From NCBI GenBank assembly GCA_003971905.1, contig RSEE01000086.1, forward strand, positions 1 through 64,000: a stretch of DNA of 64,000 nucleotides, given 5' to 3'. The position numbers were made by a program, and so were the translations under genes. This stretch comes from Moniliella sp. 'wahieum' (taxonomy: Eukaryota). The notes below the pieces were generated by a model. The model worked only from the letters and a program-made list of their open reading frames with translations. It searched no databases and was not told the origin of the DNA. Shown here in pieces: positions 25,209 through 38,048 of this stretch (its first letter is position 1; every line of letters begins with the position of its first letter).

Positions 25209-27959
25209 GGATGGTGGTGGGAAGGGAGCGGCCAGCTGCCCGATAGCCCTTCCAGCAGAGTGTTGGTATCAGCGCGTCAACCGAGGATCGCAGGCGATCC
25301 AGCCGTCCTGCTGATCAGATCTGGGGTTCCGAGTTGCGAGTCCAGAAGTGGGAAGCGGTGGTGGGGACCGCCGGTGCGTCATAACCCCATCACTCAGGGA
25401 GGCACTCGGCCCAAACCACTGACTGCCCCAGCCAGGCGCACCTTCGTTTCGATTGATTGGCACGAGCAACGCGCCCTCGTAATCGATAATCGATAATCGT
25501 GAGTGATTGGTCAGCATGACGTGGGCGATCAGTACTCAGTGATCTCCAGGATGATCGGTGATCAATGATCGATGACCGAATGTGGCCTCCTTTTAATTAC
25601 CGTTTTGGGTCGTTGGGCGGGTCCATAAGCACCACCACGCCGCTATATATAGAGTGCGGTGGCATAATACCGGCCACCTACCACAGCCATCATGACTCCA
25701 GGAGGCGTTTCCATTCAGCCTGCCGCTGGATGGGGTCGTCGATAACCTTACAGACGCTGACCAACCTGCAGCTGACCGTAATTATAGGCCGCACAGCACA
25801 TGCTCCAACAACACACACAAAATGGGAATGAGCGTCGCACAAAATCTGTGGTACGCTGGGGAGCGATACGGGCAATGATGCCGGCCGTGCCAGTCGACCT
25901 CCAGAAGATGCTTTACCCCCTCTTCTAGCAGGACCGGAATGTGGTTAGTCACAGCATCCGTAGTACCTCAGGACTGGAGTCTCGGGTGTGAGACGTGCCA
26001 TCTTGGTCACGGCCGTCATCTCATCCAAAGATGAGCAGGATGACGCAAAAGGAGGCTACTTGCTTGGCCGGGAGCAAGATCCGGAGGGACGGAGTCAACC
26101 TCTGACTTGAGGCACGCCCGTATTGGACGGCTCAATGTGCTAGTGGAGTCGTTGCGCCCCTTTGTGAGTCTCGTGCGTCGCCTCGTTCCAAGAATTGGAG
26201 GGAGCTGGCTTTTTTATTCAAGGTGAAATCGGGCTCGGGCCTGCTATTATATACTCAGGCTAGGGAAGCATTTTCCATGAGCTATTCTTTCCCTGGCCAT
26301 GACGACAAGGCGGTACTACAAGATGTTTGAGCACTATAAAAATGGAAGAATACTATAGTGCTGACAAGAAGAGATGGTCCATCACTTACATGATAAGTCT
26401 CTACTCCTTAGTATCTCTCCTTTCATTGGTCTTCATCCGGTTTGGAGGCGAATGGCGGTAGCCAGAGGGCCCTGACCTGGCGACCCCATTGGCCTCCAAA
26501 TTGAGTTTGCATCAGATATTGAAGGGAGCACAACCTAGCACAACCCGGATGAGCAAGCCGGTTGGTATTAGACGCAGCCGCGGTTCTTCAACCCTCTGTT
26601 GCTGCATCTGTTGAAATTCTGCCAATTGTTTTATGAGTTTTTAGGGGTTAAGCCACTCTGTGTTCTTTGGCCCGAAACTCGTATGCACAGGATGTCACTG
26701 ACTTCTTCGGGCCTCAGAAGGAGGTGGAGAGTAGAATGACATTTTTGGTTCGCTTTTCACCAATCAAATGTTTTACGGGACGCTGCCGTATCTGGGTTAT
26801 ATAACCTTAGTAGCACGCTTAATAGACACCCTCTATTATAGCCCCGCGTCCTCCTCCCGCATAACGCGTAACGCGTAAAATGCACGCCTTGGATGCCACA
26901 TCCGGTGCATCCTTTATCGATTATCTTTCGCGTCGTTCCTGCTGGTTCCTGGTGCAGATACAGGCCAAAGGCCTATCACATATCGTAGCACCACTATGTC
27001 CTCATTCGGGGGTTTCCACCCGCGGCGTTTGTCCTTGAAGACTAAGTGTGCTGCTATAATCAACGCTCGGGCTCGCTTTATATCATCGATAACTTCGATA
27101 ACTCATCTTCTCAGATCTCAAATCTCTTCCAGTGTGACACATCGGAGTCTTCATTTCGGAACCATTAATCATCCTCATTCACGAATATCCATTTCACGGC
27201 CCTGGCTATCCGCCACCTTGTCCGTTCTTAGGCATAAGCTTATCGATTATCGATTATCGATCTTATCGAGCACTTCTATACAACACTCTCAGCAGCACCC
27301 TTTTTTCTGTACCTCTCATCCCCGCCGCCCCCCCATCCGTGTCGCTGACGCGCTAACCCCTGTATAGAATGGCGGTCGTCGAATCCTTGCGAAGCAAACC
27401 CCGTATTACTATATTGATGTCACGGGTCCTGCTAAACTTCGCCCCAAAGCACGGAAATGTGTGGAGTAGATCATGTGCCACATGCAACCCGTAGCAGTCA
27501 TCACCATCATCAGCACCCGTGTGCCACGCGTTCAGGCCCCAGGACCCCCGAGGACCCCAGGCTGCGCGTCCGCGTCAAGCGTCAAGCGCCAAGCGCCAAG
27601 CGTCAAGCTTCAAGCGTCAAGTCGTTCTCTGACAAGCCACAGTGTGTTGGTTCGTGTCGGAATCCCGAATTGTTCGCCTCTTGAGTCCTGCTTCAAGACT
27701 CCGGCGTATAGTATAAGCACCACGCTGTTTCCACTGCGCTTCCGTCTTCCGTTGCCAGGCCTGGATGACTGGTTGCTTGAGGCTTGATGCATGATGCATG
27801 ACACCTCTCGCATCGTTGGCTGTGGGCTAGATCTTCGTTGAGATCGTTTATACGTACTTTTACCGTTTAACGCGTTTAGACCACTACCACCACCACTGGT
27901 GCGATTGCATATATGCCCTTCAAGCTTCAGGGCCACAGGACTCTACTAGTATAGGTCTC

Positions 27960-28198
27960 TGTTGACTGTGATCCTCTGGCTCCAGTCGGTAGACCAGGTT
28001 CGCCTCGGTTCCATCGGCTTCCACGCTGACGTCCCTGCGTGTCACTGTCCCTGTGCCCTGCACTCTCTCCTGTGTGACTCACTGTCCCTGTGCCTAGTCC
28101 AGCCTCCTATATAGATGCCTCTGTACCCAGACCCAACTCTGGCTCCAATCCATCACCTTCTCCTCATCCTTCTGCCCGTCCGGCTCCCTAGGCCAACA
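27960..28198 (+). repeat. LTR 1
   Basis: tgttgactgtg...cctatatag (TATA-like)...ggccaaca. Confidence 0.9.
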
Positions 28199-28320
28199 GA
28201 GCTACAATCTGATCCCCCCGGAAGGGGAGCGCTCTTCAAGCAAGCCCACCCCCAAGCCTACAAGCCCAACTAAGCCGCCAAGCCCACAAGACACACCCGT
28301 CCTCCCGCCCAACAACACCA

Positions 28321-28397
28321 CCGCCACAATCGGCACCTTACCGCCACAATCGGCATACTACCGCCACAATCGGCATACTACCGCCACAATCGGCACA
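28321..28397 (+). repeat. 20-bp tandem repeat x~4 inside the TRIM internal region
   Basis: ccgccacaatcggcatacta repeated; present again at ~29445-29520. Confidence 0.9.
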
Positions 28398-29088
28398 CTC
28401 GTCCCCACAGATGGGGCAATGATTTTTAGGGACACACGACGGAACAAACGTGTCGGGTATCGTCAACGAGACGAAATTCCTCCAACGACAAAACGGCGCA
28501 GGCGAATCGCAGAACGGGGGTGGCTGCTCATCAAGTGCCCCACCCACGGCTACACGCCCCGGATTGCCAATTCATCCGGGGCACCTGGGGAAGGATGGGG
28601 GTGGGGTGGTCACCCAACTTCTTCCACTCCTCTTTTCAACAACAAGAGAACCCAACAGATCAAGACGGTTGACGCATAGCGCCCGTTCATTTCCCATGCC
28701 CAATGGACCCCACTGGCACCAGGCATGCGGAACCAAACAACTACCAAACGATCCAATTTGCCAAACGACCTTGGCCGCATTTACTCCAAGTTTCCAATTT
28801 TCTTCACTACACCTATAACTGGTGCTTTTTACTTTGCCCACCAAATCGCTTCGGGGCCAACCCCTACTACTTTTACTTCTAAGACTTCTACAAGCATCTG
28901 GCGGTCGCACAATACCACCACAAGCGCTCGGCTCGTTCAGGTGTCATCCTGGACAGCGGGGGTGTAGGCCAGTCGTGTGGCATGCACAACTCCAGGCCAT
29001 CGTCCCGTGCCACTCAAGTCCTCCCCTTCTACATCCACGGCAGGAGCTCATCCCACAACCGATGTCTCCGGTTCCCTGCCAGCGGGGG

Positions 29089-29325
29089 TGTTGACTGTGA
29101 TCCTCTGGCTCCCAGTCGGTAGACCAGGTTCGCCTCGGTTCCATCGGCTTCCACGCTGACGTCCCTGCGTGTCACTGTCCCTGTGCCCTGCACTCTCTCC
29201 TGTGGACTCACTGTCCCTGTGGCCTAGTCCAGCCTCCTATAGATGCCTCTGTACCCAGACCCAACTCTGGCTCCAATCCTCACCTTCTCCTCATCCTTCT
29301 GCCCGTCCGGCTCCCTAGGCCAACA
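29089..29325 (+). repeat. LTR 2 (shared middle LTR)
   Basis: Near-identical to LTR 1; preceded by the PPT-like tract, followed by the same PBS-position sequence. Confidence 0.9.
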
Positions 29326-30221
29326 GAGCTACAATCTGATCCCCCGGAAGGGGGAGCGCTCTTCAGCAAGCCCACCCCCAAGCCTACAAGCCCAAGCTAA
29401 GCCCAAGCCCACAAGACACACCCGTCCTCCCGCCCAACAACACCACCGCCACAATCGGCACACTTACCGCACATCGGCATACTACCGCCACAATCGGCAT
29501 ACTACCGCCACAATCGGCACACTCGTCCCCCACAGATGGGGGCAATGATTTTTAGGGACACACACGACGGAACAAAACGTGTCGGGTATCGTCAACGAGA
29601 CGAAATTCCTCCAACGACAAAACGGCGCAGGCGAATCGCAGAAAGCGGGGGTGGCTGCTCATCAATGCCCCACCCACGGCTACACGCCCGGATTGCCAAT
29701 TCATCCGGGGCACCTGGGGAAAGGATGGGGGGGGGTGGTCACCCAACTTCTTCCACTCCTCTTTTCAACAACAAAGAGAACCCAAACAGATCAAGACGGT
29801 TGACGCATAGCGCCCGTTCATTTCCTGCCCAATGGACCCCACTGCCAGGCATGCGGAACAACAACTACCAAAACGCATCCAATTTTGATGCCAAACGACC
29901 TTGGACCGCATTTACTCCAAGTTTCCAATTTTCTTTCACTACCCTATAACTGGTGCTTTTTACTTTTGCCCACCAATCGCTTCGGGGCGCAACCCCTACT
30001 ACTTTACTTCTAAGACTTCTACAGCATCTGGCGGTCGCACACCAACCACAAGCGCTCGGCTCGTTCAGGTGTCATCCTGGACAGCGGGGGTGTAGGCCAG
30101 TCGTGTGCCATGCACAACTCCAGGCCATTCGTCCCGGTTGCCACTCAAGTACTCCCCTCTCTACATCCACTGCAGGAGCTCATCCCACAACCGATGTCTC
30201 CGGGTTCCCTGGCCAGCGGGG

Positions 30222-30458
30222 TGTTGACTGTGATCCTCTGGCTCCCAGTCGGTAGACCAGGTTCGCCCGGTTCCATCGGCTTCCACGCTGACGTCCCTGC
30301 GTGTCACTGTCCCTGTGCCCTGCACTCTCTCCTGTGTGACTCACTGTCCCTGTGCCTAGTCCAGCCTCCTATATAGATGCCTCTGTACCCAGACCCAACT
30401 CTGGCTCCAATCCATCACCTTCTCCTCTCCTTCTGCCCGTCCGGCTCCCTAGGCCACA
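30222..30458 (+). repeat. LTR 3
   Basis: Near-identical to LTR 1; ends ggccaca (one A missing), then TSD gtctc. Confidence 0.9.
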
Positions 30459-31364
30459 GTCTCATCATGCATCATGCCCATTGATCATCGTCAAGCTTGG
30501 AGAGGGAGTGAACAGGGCTAACGTTATAACGGAACGCCCCACCAGGCCTGCGGCCCTGAGGTTTTAGGAGTTTAGGTGAAGTAAGGCTTGAGGGCCTGAG
30601 AGGGGCGGAAGCCCAAATTAAGACACATTGCTTTTCTGTGACCATGTCTTGTGGGCCTTGTCCAGGCAGAAGGTCTGATTATGAGATTGCTAAGGACTAA
30701 GGACGTCGACAACCGAGAATCATTTTATCAACAAGTGGATTGAAGCGATTGTTACTCGTTAGGCGTTATCGATTCGATTAGATCAATTAGATGGATTATC
30801 GAGATGATCGATTAGTGGATTTGATTAATGATCTGTGGCCTGCCCTTAGTAAGCCTTAAGCTCCTTAGACCGTAGGTCGATTCAGGTTCATGCACACGTG
30901 GCGTGGCGCACGCGGCCGGCCAAGTCGACCCTGTCGCAGCGGCAACCGCCTGCTAGCGCAGGGTACGGCTGGTACTCCCTCCGCGCTGCGCCAACGGCTT
31001 GTCTAAGAGCGCTGTGGCAAAATTAAAACGTAGCTGCGGAGTGGGAATGTGAAGTGATTAATTGAATTAATGAGATCGACAATTGTACGTATAGGTGTTA
31101 TGGACCCATTGGGCGCAGGGTCTGCGGTTCCCATACTGCAAACCCGCCGGCCCCCCGGGCTCTGGCCCTCTCTTCTTTTCGTGCAAGTTCCCAGGGTCGC
31201 CTGGAGACCCTAGCCGCCCGTCTCAAGCCACCGCAGACCATCGCAGACCACCACAGACAACCGTCCGTCGGGTTTAAGACGTTAAGGATAGTCGATAGGT
31301 CCTGAGCGCCTGAGCGCCCTGAGGCCTGAGCCTGATATACGATAGGTCCTAGCGATCATCGTAT

Positions 31365-32183
31365 CTACGAAGCAGCCACTCCAGCCACTGTACCAGCCAT
31401 CACCTGAGCCGCGGTTGCGCGTTTTATATTGTGCCGACGCCGGAGTGGGCCAGGTTGGCCCTGGGTGGCCAGGGCATCCTCAACAGGCTTCAGATCATTG
31501 ATCAATCGATGAAAGAGTAATGATTTACTATCTTCTGAGGATCTGACACAGTAGTCGCTATATAGCTCTGCCAAGCCGGTGTTTTGCAACGTACTGTTGC
31601 GATCTGCCTCTGTTCTGTCAAAACACGCTCACATGCCCATAATGGACGTTGGTCAGCCATGCAGGGTATTAGAAGGAGGGGTCAGAAATGCACATGGCTG
31701 CAACAGGGGACACCAGTGATACCGTGGGACACCTCGGAACTCCTCAGTGAGCAGGTGACTGGTCACTACACTGACGTGATGGGCTTCGATTTGTTCAGGG
31801 GGAATGCAGAATGCATGGACGAATAGGAGGATAAGCCGGTGAGTACTCAGACTGAGTGCTCCCCGCCCACTATGCATCCACCAGTGCGTGCAAGCCACCG
31901 TCCTCAGGAGGCCGGTGCTTGGTTGGATGGCCGATGAGAATGTGGCTGTCGGTGGGGATGGTCGGGGTACAAAAAAAGAGGGGGCGAGAAGACCGAAAAA
32001 GATCTCACGTTTGAACGTTGAACAGTGTCTTCTGAGCGTCGCTTGAAGTTTTTGAACAGCTGGAGACGCCGATGATGAGCGCTGAGCCTCAGCGCTGAAC
32101 GCCGGAATCGTCGGCAGATGTGGCATCCCAAGAAAGGTGAAGGCCTGGTGGCAAGACCGGGCAGGCGGCGGGACAGCACGCAA
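31365..32183 (-). CDS. Possible small hypothetical gene or relic
   Basis: Two collinear minus-strand ORFs (31653-32183, 31365-31589) with protein-like segments; no family recognised. Confidence 0.2.
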
Positions 32184-32736
32184 GCACCGCCTTAAAGTTT
32201 TCCACGCTCCTTTCTGTCCACTGCACGTACAGGACGAGGCCCGGACAGTTAACCAATGAACGATGAGGCGAGGCGGCCTGAGTACTGAGTACGTCCTGAG
32301 TATTACCGGTTACCCTGGTGTGCCGGTGGCTGGTGGGCGGCTGGAGCGGCCGTGGGTGCGTGGGGTGCAGTGGGCTAGGGCTTAACGGAGCTCAAGAGCG
32401 GCACTCAGCTGCTGCTCAGGGTTCATGAGCACTCAGCGCCTGGCCGTAGCTGGCAGCTTGTGGGCCAGCACTGGGCACTGGGCAGCACTGGTACATACAT
32501 AGTCTCCCACGGAGTTTCAGCCGCTTCCATGTTCCAGAAGAGAACGCTAGGCGCCTGCCTGACACCCGCTGGCCAGCGGGCCTTGTCCAAATTCCCACAG
32601 CCGCTGCCGTCTCGCAGAGGAATGAGTTAGCGTCTCACAAACTTATACCCCCCCACTTGAGTCCTTTTCGCGCCCCACCATCCGTCAGCCTCGCCTCCGC
32701 CAGCGTCCCTGCCATGCGCACGATGAGCAAGTGAAG

Positions 32737-35216
32737 ATGCAGCCACCCTTTTTTGTCCAGGTTTTGTACCCCTGCCGCCGACGGATCAACGTTGTGCCCG
32801 GCGAGCAGGGCGAGGTGCTGCATGCCTTCTCCTCCTCGGGATGGTGGGATGTGGTCTTCCCCCGTCCCGAAGGCGCAATGCGCGGCTGGGTCCCCAAGAG
32901 CTATGTGTCTCCACTCTACGAGCACGAGGAGCACCGAGGGAGCAGACCACCTCTCCCCGCCCCCCTGCTCAGCTCAAGATGAGCCCAAGAAGAGCACGCC
33001 CAAAGCACGGCATGAACGATCCCCATCCTTATCCTTATCCTCATCCATATCCTCATCCTCATCTTCATCTCCATCACCATCCCCATCTCTATCCCCATCC
33101 CCATCCCAGTCTCGCATGCAAGAACGAGAACAGAACACTACTCACCTCACCCCCCCTCTCATCAATTCCCCAATCACGACAACAATCACGACCCTCGACC
33201 GATCCCAACGCATCTCGCCATTCGCTGGCTCAGCATGTCCTCACACAGGCCAACGCAACCACGCCGATCCGGAATCGATCACCCGGCTGGCAGAGGCTCA
33301 GATACGGTAGCCCATGCGATGGCGAACTTTGTCTACTACTTCAACGGTGGTGGTGGCGAGTTGGGTGCGGCGCTGACCAGCGTTACCCATTCCCTCACCC
33401 ACCTCTTGCCGCGGCCGAGCAGGCCAAGCGCGTGCAACCCGGTCTCGGAGACGGAGTCTGGGCGGGTCTGGCGCTGTTGTGTGCCGAGGTGGACCGCGCA
33501 CGACTCACCTCCATCTCTCTGTGCACCACTTTCTCTTGTCGGGAACAGGGTGGCGTCGATACGATCGAAGCGCTGGGCTGTTCGGTCATCTCAAGCTCCA
33601 CACTACCCTTCTCCTACGGGCAACCAGCAGGCTCAGCAGTGCGTTGGACTATGCTCTGGGCCAGTACGGGTTGGTAAGCAACAAGGATAGCGGCACGGGC
33701 GTGGGTTTTGACGTCGGAGCCGGTCCCGGGACGGGGCTTGTGATCAAAGCAAGAGCGGGCCGTCGCAGTGCGAGTGGAGAAGAGGCGATGGTGGAAGAGC
33801 CGTGGATGCGAGGGATGTGCGATGGGCAGCAATCTCAAGTGTCCAAACAGGAACAGGAGCAGGAGCAAGAACAAGAACAAGAACAAGAACAGGAGCAGGA
33901 GCGAGAGTTGGAGCAGGAAGAACTGGGACCAGATATGGACGAAACTCGTCTCCCTCTCCCGACGTCTCTTTGCGTCTGGCCCTGACCCCACGGGAGGGAA
34001 CGCGACGCCCGCTTCGGTCGTTCCTGATTCGCCCTCCTTCCCACCGCCCGACTCGCCGCTCGTTCCCGTCCCGCCCGCGGACCTGATTCTGCAAGAAGGG
34101 GAGGTGCGCGGAGGCACGCCGCGGCGTTGTTGGCCTACCTTGTGGACGGGCAAGACGAGCGGTTTGTCCATTGCCTTTTTTCACGTTCCGTGCCTTCCTC
34201 TCGCCCGAGGAAATGGTGCGCGGCCTGCTTCTCACCACGACCTGGGCTGGAGGGTACGGCGGCAGGTACGTAAGTTGTTGGAAGTCTTTCTCCCCTATCA
34301 GCGGGAGGAGGATGGTGTGAGTGGGTTGCTGGAGGCAGCGCTGGGACCGTTGCCGCTCGACCCGCCTGCTGCGCCGGTCGCGCTGGCCACCGCGCCCGAG
34401 GGGATGCGGCTGCTGGACGTTGACCCGCAGCAGTTGGCGCGCCAACTGACCTTGCTGGAACACGAGCTGTATGCGCAAATCCGGCCGCGCGAGTGTGTGG
34501 ACAAGGCGTGGTCGGGGGACGGGGAGAGTGGCGTGCGGCGGTGCATTGCCTTTTCCAACGCGGTGGGGGCCTGGGTGATCCACACGGTGCTCAGCAGCGA
34601 TGCGACGCAAGGGCGGGCGCTGTTGGTGCGCCACCTGATCGCCATGGCGACGCACTGCTTTGAGCTGCGCAACTACGGCTCGGTCATGTCGCTGCTCAGT
34701 GGCCTGTCGGCGTCGCCGCTCGCGCGGCTACGGCGCACATGGGCCAAAGTCAACCCGCGCGCGCTCACCCAACTCCACACGCTCCAAACCGAGATGGACT
34801 CGAGCAAAAACTTTCAGCGCTACCGCCGTCGCCTGGAGCAGGGCGGCCTGCCCTTCCTCGGCGTCCACCTCACCGACCTCACCTTCCTGGCCGATGGCAA
34901 CCCCACCTACCTCCCCGACGGCAAGGTCAACTTCACCAAGTGCCTGCGCACCACCCAGGTCATCCACCATCTCCTCGGCGCAGCAAACTCAGTGCGTATC
35001 CTCCCTCTCCTCTTCCTCCCTGTGCCTGAGCTGAACTGACCTCCTGCGTACAGGTACCCCTTCCCGGCGCACCAGGGCGTCCAAGCGTTCCTGCAGGCCT
35101 CGATGCGCGATTTGCCCGAAGAAGAGGCGCTGTATGAGCGCTCGCTTCAGCTCGAGCCGCGGGACCAAGGCGACGACCGGATCGCGAGTTTGCTCTTACA
35201 TAGTGGCTTCTTATAA
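32737..35216 (+). CDS. Ras guanine-nucleotide exchange factor, Cdc25/Ste6-like (SH3-REM-CDC25)
   Basis: SH3: SGWWD...RGWVPKSYV; REM: VRGGT..ALLAYL; CDC25: LARQLTLLE, LRNYGSVMSLLSGL, RLRRTW, KNFQRYR, LPFLGVHLTDLTFLADGNP, VNFTK; intron 34992-35053; end LYERSLQLEPR...IASLLLHSGFL*. Confidence 0.92.
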
Positions 35217-35811
35217 TACCAATTTCTCTCCACGGATGTTCTCCTTGGACGTGCGGTCGCTGGAGTCACTGGGGTGCTGGCCCTGCACTGTGGCCGTGCC
35301 TGCCCTGCAGCGTGACCGAGCAGGCAAGCTAGCGCATGGCACATGTACATGTTCACCTTCTGTAGCGGGATCGACTACAAAAACTCGTTGAGGCGCTCAC
35401 TGGGATGAGGTAGGAGAGAAGAACAAGAGGGAAGCAGCTGGTCATCGGCCACCGATCACATCGATGCGACAGACGGACGATCAGGCAATACGAGCAGATG
35501 GCTTGTCGGCCCCATGGTCTAAAGGTGGCATGGGGGCAAGGCATAATCAGTTCATCAATGTGTTCATATGTCTAGTCTGGTCTGCAGTGCGGCTACGGAG
35601 CCGAGGTAGGTCAAGGCAGGGACAATATCTGTAGACCAGTGATAGTAAACGTCTCTGGGGCGCGTAGGCAAGGGAAGGGAGAGGGAGCAGGAACGGGAAC
35701 GGGAATGGGGACGGAAAGAGAAGATAAGAGTTAGAGGGAGGGGGAGAAAGAGGGTATGAAAGCAGGGTTCTACAACGGGCGTTGCAGAGTACCCTGAGGC
35801 TTGATGCAAGC

Positions 35812-37531
35812 TTAATATTGCGGGGGTCCAAACCGGGCGCCGGGGGCATTGTAGGCCCTCCCCCCCCCCGCCGCGGGGGTTGGAGTTCGGGGGAGTGGAC
35901 AATCACGTCGGGCACAGGGGCGTAGGTAGTAGTGACCTCCTCCCCGGGAAGGCTTCCGGCGGTGGGGCAAAGGCATGGGCAGGGTACTCGTTGGCGCTGG
36001 GCAAAACGGCGTGCGGGTGGACTTGTGGCCGACGAGGAAGCGCTTGAACCGTTGTCCCATGCTGAGGGTGTGGTCGCGCGGCGGTGGCGCGCCTTCGGGG
36101 TCGATCTCGTCCATCTTTACTTTGGGGTCGGCGAGCGGGTCCGAGGTGCGTGCCTTGACCAGCAGTCGGTATCGCCGGTCGCGCATCGTGGCCTGGACCA
36201 GCGGTCGTACCTTGGCCATGCGGTGGTAGATGTACCACATGGAGCCTAGCGTCAGCGCCAGGCCGAAGAGCAGGACAATGTACTTGACCACTTTGCTGGC
36301 CGTTGTCTCTCCGCCGTTGGTCTGCTGCATCACGTAGCCAAGGTAGACCACCTCGAGCTGTTTGGGCAACGACAGGATACAGCCCACGAGAAAGATCCAG
36401 AAGCCCATGCCGACTGTGGCAAAAACGGCCGTGGTAAAGTGCCCTGGGATGGCAGAGAGACGAGCAAGGACAATGATCCACAGCCGCCCGCCCTCGCGGA
36501 CAATGTGGGCCATACAGGCATAGTCGAGGCTCTTGCGCTCAAACTTGCGCGCATGACCCGAGAGGAACGTTTTGAACGCATAGTTTGCCAATTTCTCCGA
36601 GCAGCGTGCCCAAGGCCAAAATGCCAAACCCTTTCCACAGCCCCCACACAAGGCCCACCAGCACACCCACAATTTCGTGTCCAAACAAGGGTGGGAAGGA
36701 GATGATGAAGAGCAGTGCGACGGGATGAGCCAGCCAGCGGTCAAATCGCGCATCTTGGTGGTCAAGGGGGTGAGCCACTTGACAATTTGGCTGTGGAAGA
36801 CGGTCATGAGAATGGTGAGGACAATGATGAGAGTGATGATCAAGTACCAATCTGGAAGGTGCGGGGGGAAGGGTCAGCCATTAGGGAGGCGCGGAGGGGG
36901 GGCATATGGGAGTGGGCGGAGGGGGAACGTACACCAGTACTTCCACTGGACGTATGCACGCCAGTTGCGGGCGAGGTCGCGGGCCTTGTGGCGCAGACGC
37001 TTTGGGGCCTGGTCCAGGTCTTTGGGGAAGGCGTCAAAGACACGTCGTTGTGCGTCGTTGAGGCGGGCGCGGTCGACCGGCCTGCCCATCGAAGGCGGGT
37101 AGACGCCGTCCTTGGGCTCGGCGTCGTCATAGCCCACGTCGCCATAGCGTGAGGGCACGGTGGGGCCAGCAGGCTCGAGGGCAAAGGCGTCCTCCTCGTC
37201 GGAAGCATCGTGGCCGTCGAGGTCGGGGCTGGGCGGGTAGGCGCCGTTGTAGGCGTACTGGTCATAGGGCTTGGGCTCGTCGGATGACTTGGCCTTGGCG
37301 GGGTCGGCGTGGAGCGCAAAGGGGTCGTCGTCGTCGAGCGCATAGCGGTCGGGGTCGGCGTAGGGGGCGGGGTAGGCGTCGGGCGGGGAGGGGGCGGCTG
37401 GGTGCTGGTGGTAGCCAAAGGCAAGGTCGTCGTCGGTGTATGCGGCGGGGGGCGGGGGCGGGGCGGCGGGGCGGGGCGGGCGGTGTTGAGGGCGGCGCTG
37501 GCGGCAGCTCAGCAGCCGCGTTGGCATTCAT
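35812..37531 (-). CDS. TVP38: Golgi membrane protein Tvp38 (SNARE-associated/DedA family)
   Basis: GWLIP..LLFIISFPPLFGHEIVGVLVGLVWGLWKGFGILALGTLLGE; ARLSAIPGHFTTAVFATVGM; SLPKQL..VYLG. Confidence 0.9.
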
Positions 37532-38048
37532 GGTGGAGGTGGTGGGGTGGGGTGAGCTGGTGGGGGCGGCTGCGCGCTGGCTGGCGCTGGTGTGGCGCGG
37601 GCGACTGGGTTAAGTAGCAGCAGCAGACAGCCTCGGCCCGAGTTTGCTGGCTCACGTGACGCACCCGATGCGGTGCACTCGAGGGAGCGTCACCGGTCAC
37701 CCATCGACCGCTGCGGCTGCGCGGCGTGAACCCACCCCACAGGCGCCCTGCCCCCCTGCTGCCCGCACATCACCCGCCACGTCACCGCATGTCACACTGA
37801 CGTCACAGCGCCAGGCGCCCTGGCTCACATAAGCAGCAGGGCCATCTGACGTCAGCGCTAGGTAGCACGCTCCCACAGGCAACCCTAGCGCCACGAGGTT
37901 ATCTCGTTGGGGTGCGGGGCAGGCACCGCAGCCGCAGGGGTGCTTTAGTGCGCAACACACTAACACACTGCGCCCTGCCCCCTCCACTCCGCCGCCTTTC
38001 TTCGCCGCCGCCTCCACCTGTCCACCGCCACCATCTCCCCCTGCGCCC

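Larger units (their letters stand above)
27960..30458 (+). mobile_element. Tandem non-autonomous LTR retroelement (TRIM-like): LTR-internal-LTR-internal-LTR
   Basis: Three ~238-bp LTRs with TGTTG...CAACA ends; two ~890-bp non-coding internal copies; G-rich tract agcggggg before LTR2 (one G shorter before LTR3); 5-bp TSD GTCTC at 27955-27959 and 30459-30463. Confidence 0.9.

Noticed and set aside
28321..28397. CRISPR-like array
   Set aside because: Head-to-tail 20-mers without unique spacers, in a eukaryotic context.
27960..30458. Retrozyme (hammerhead ribozyme in LTR)
   Set aside because: No CUGANGA…GAAA core seen on either strand of the LTR or internal region.
28338..30567. Short ORFs in the TRIM as gag/pol
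   Set aside because: No retroviral motifs; ORFs are not conserved between the two copies.
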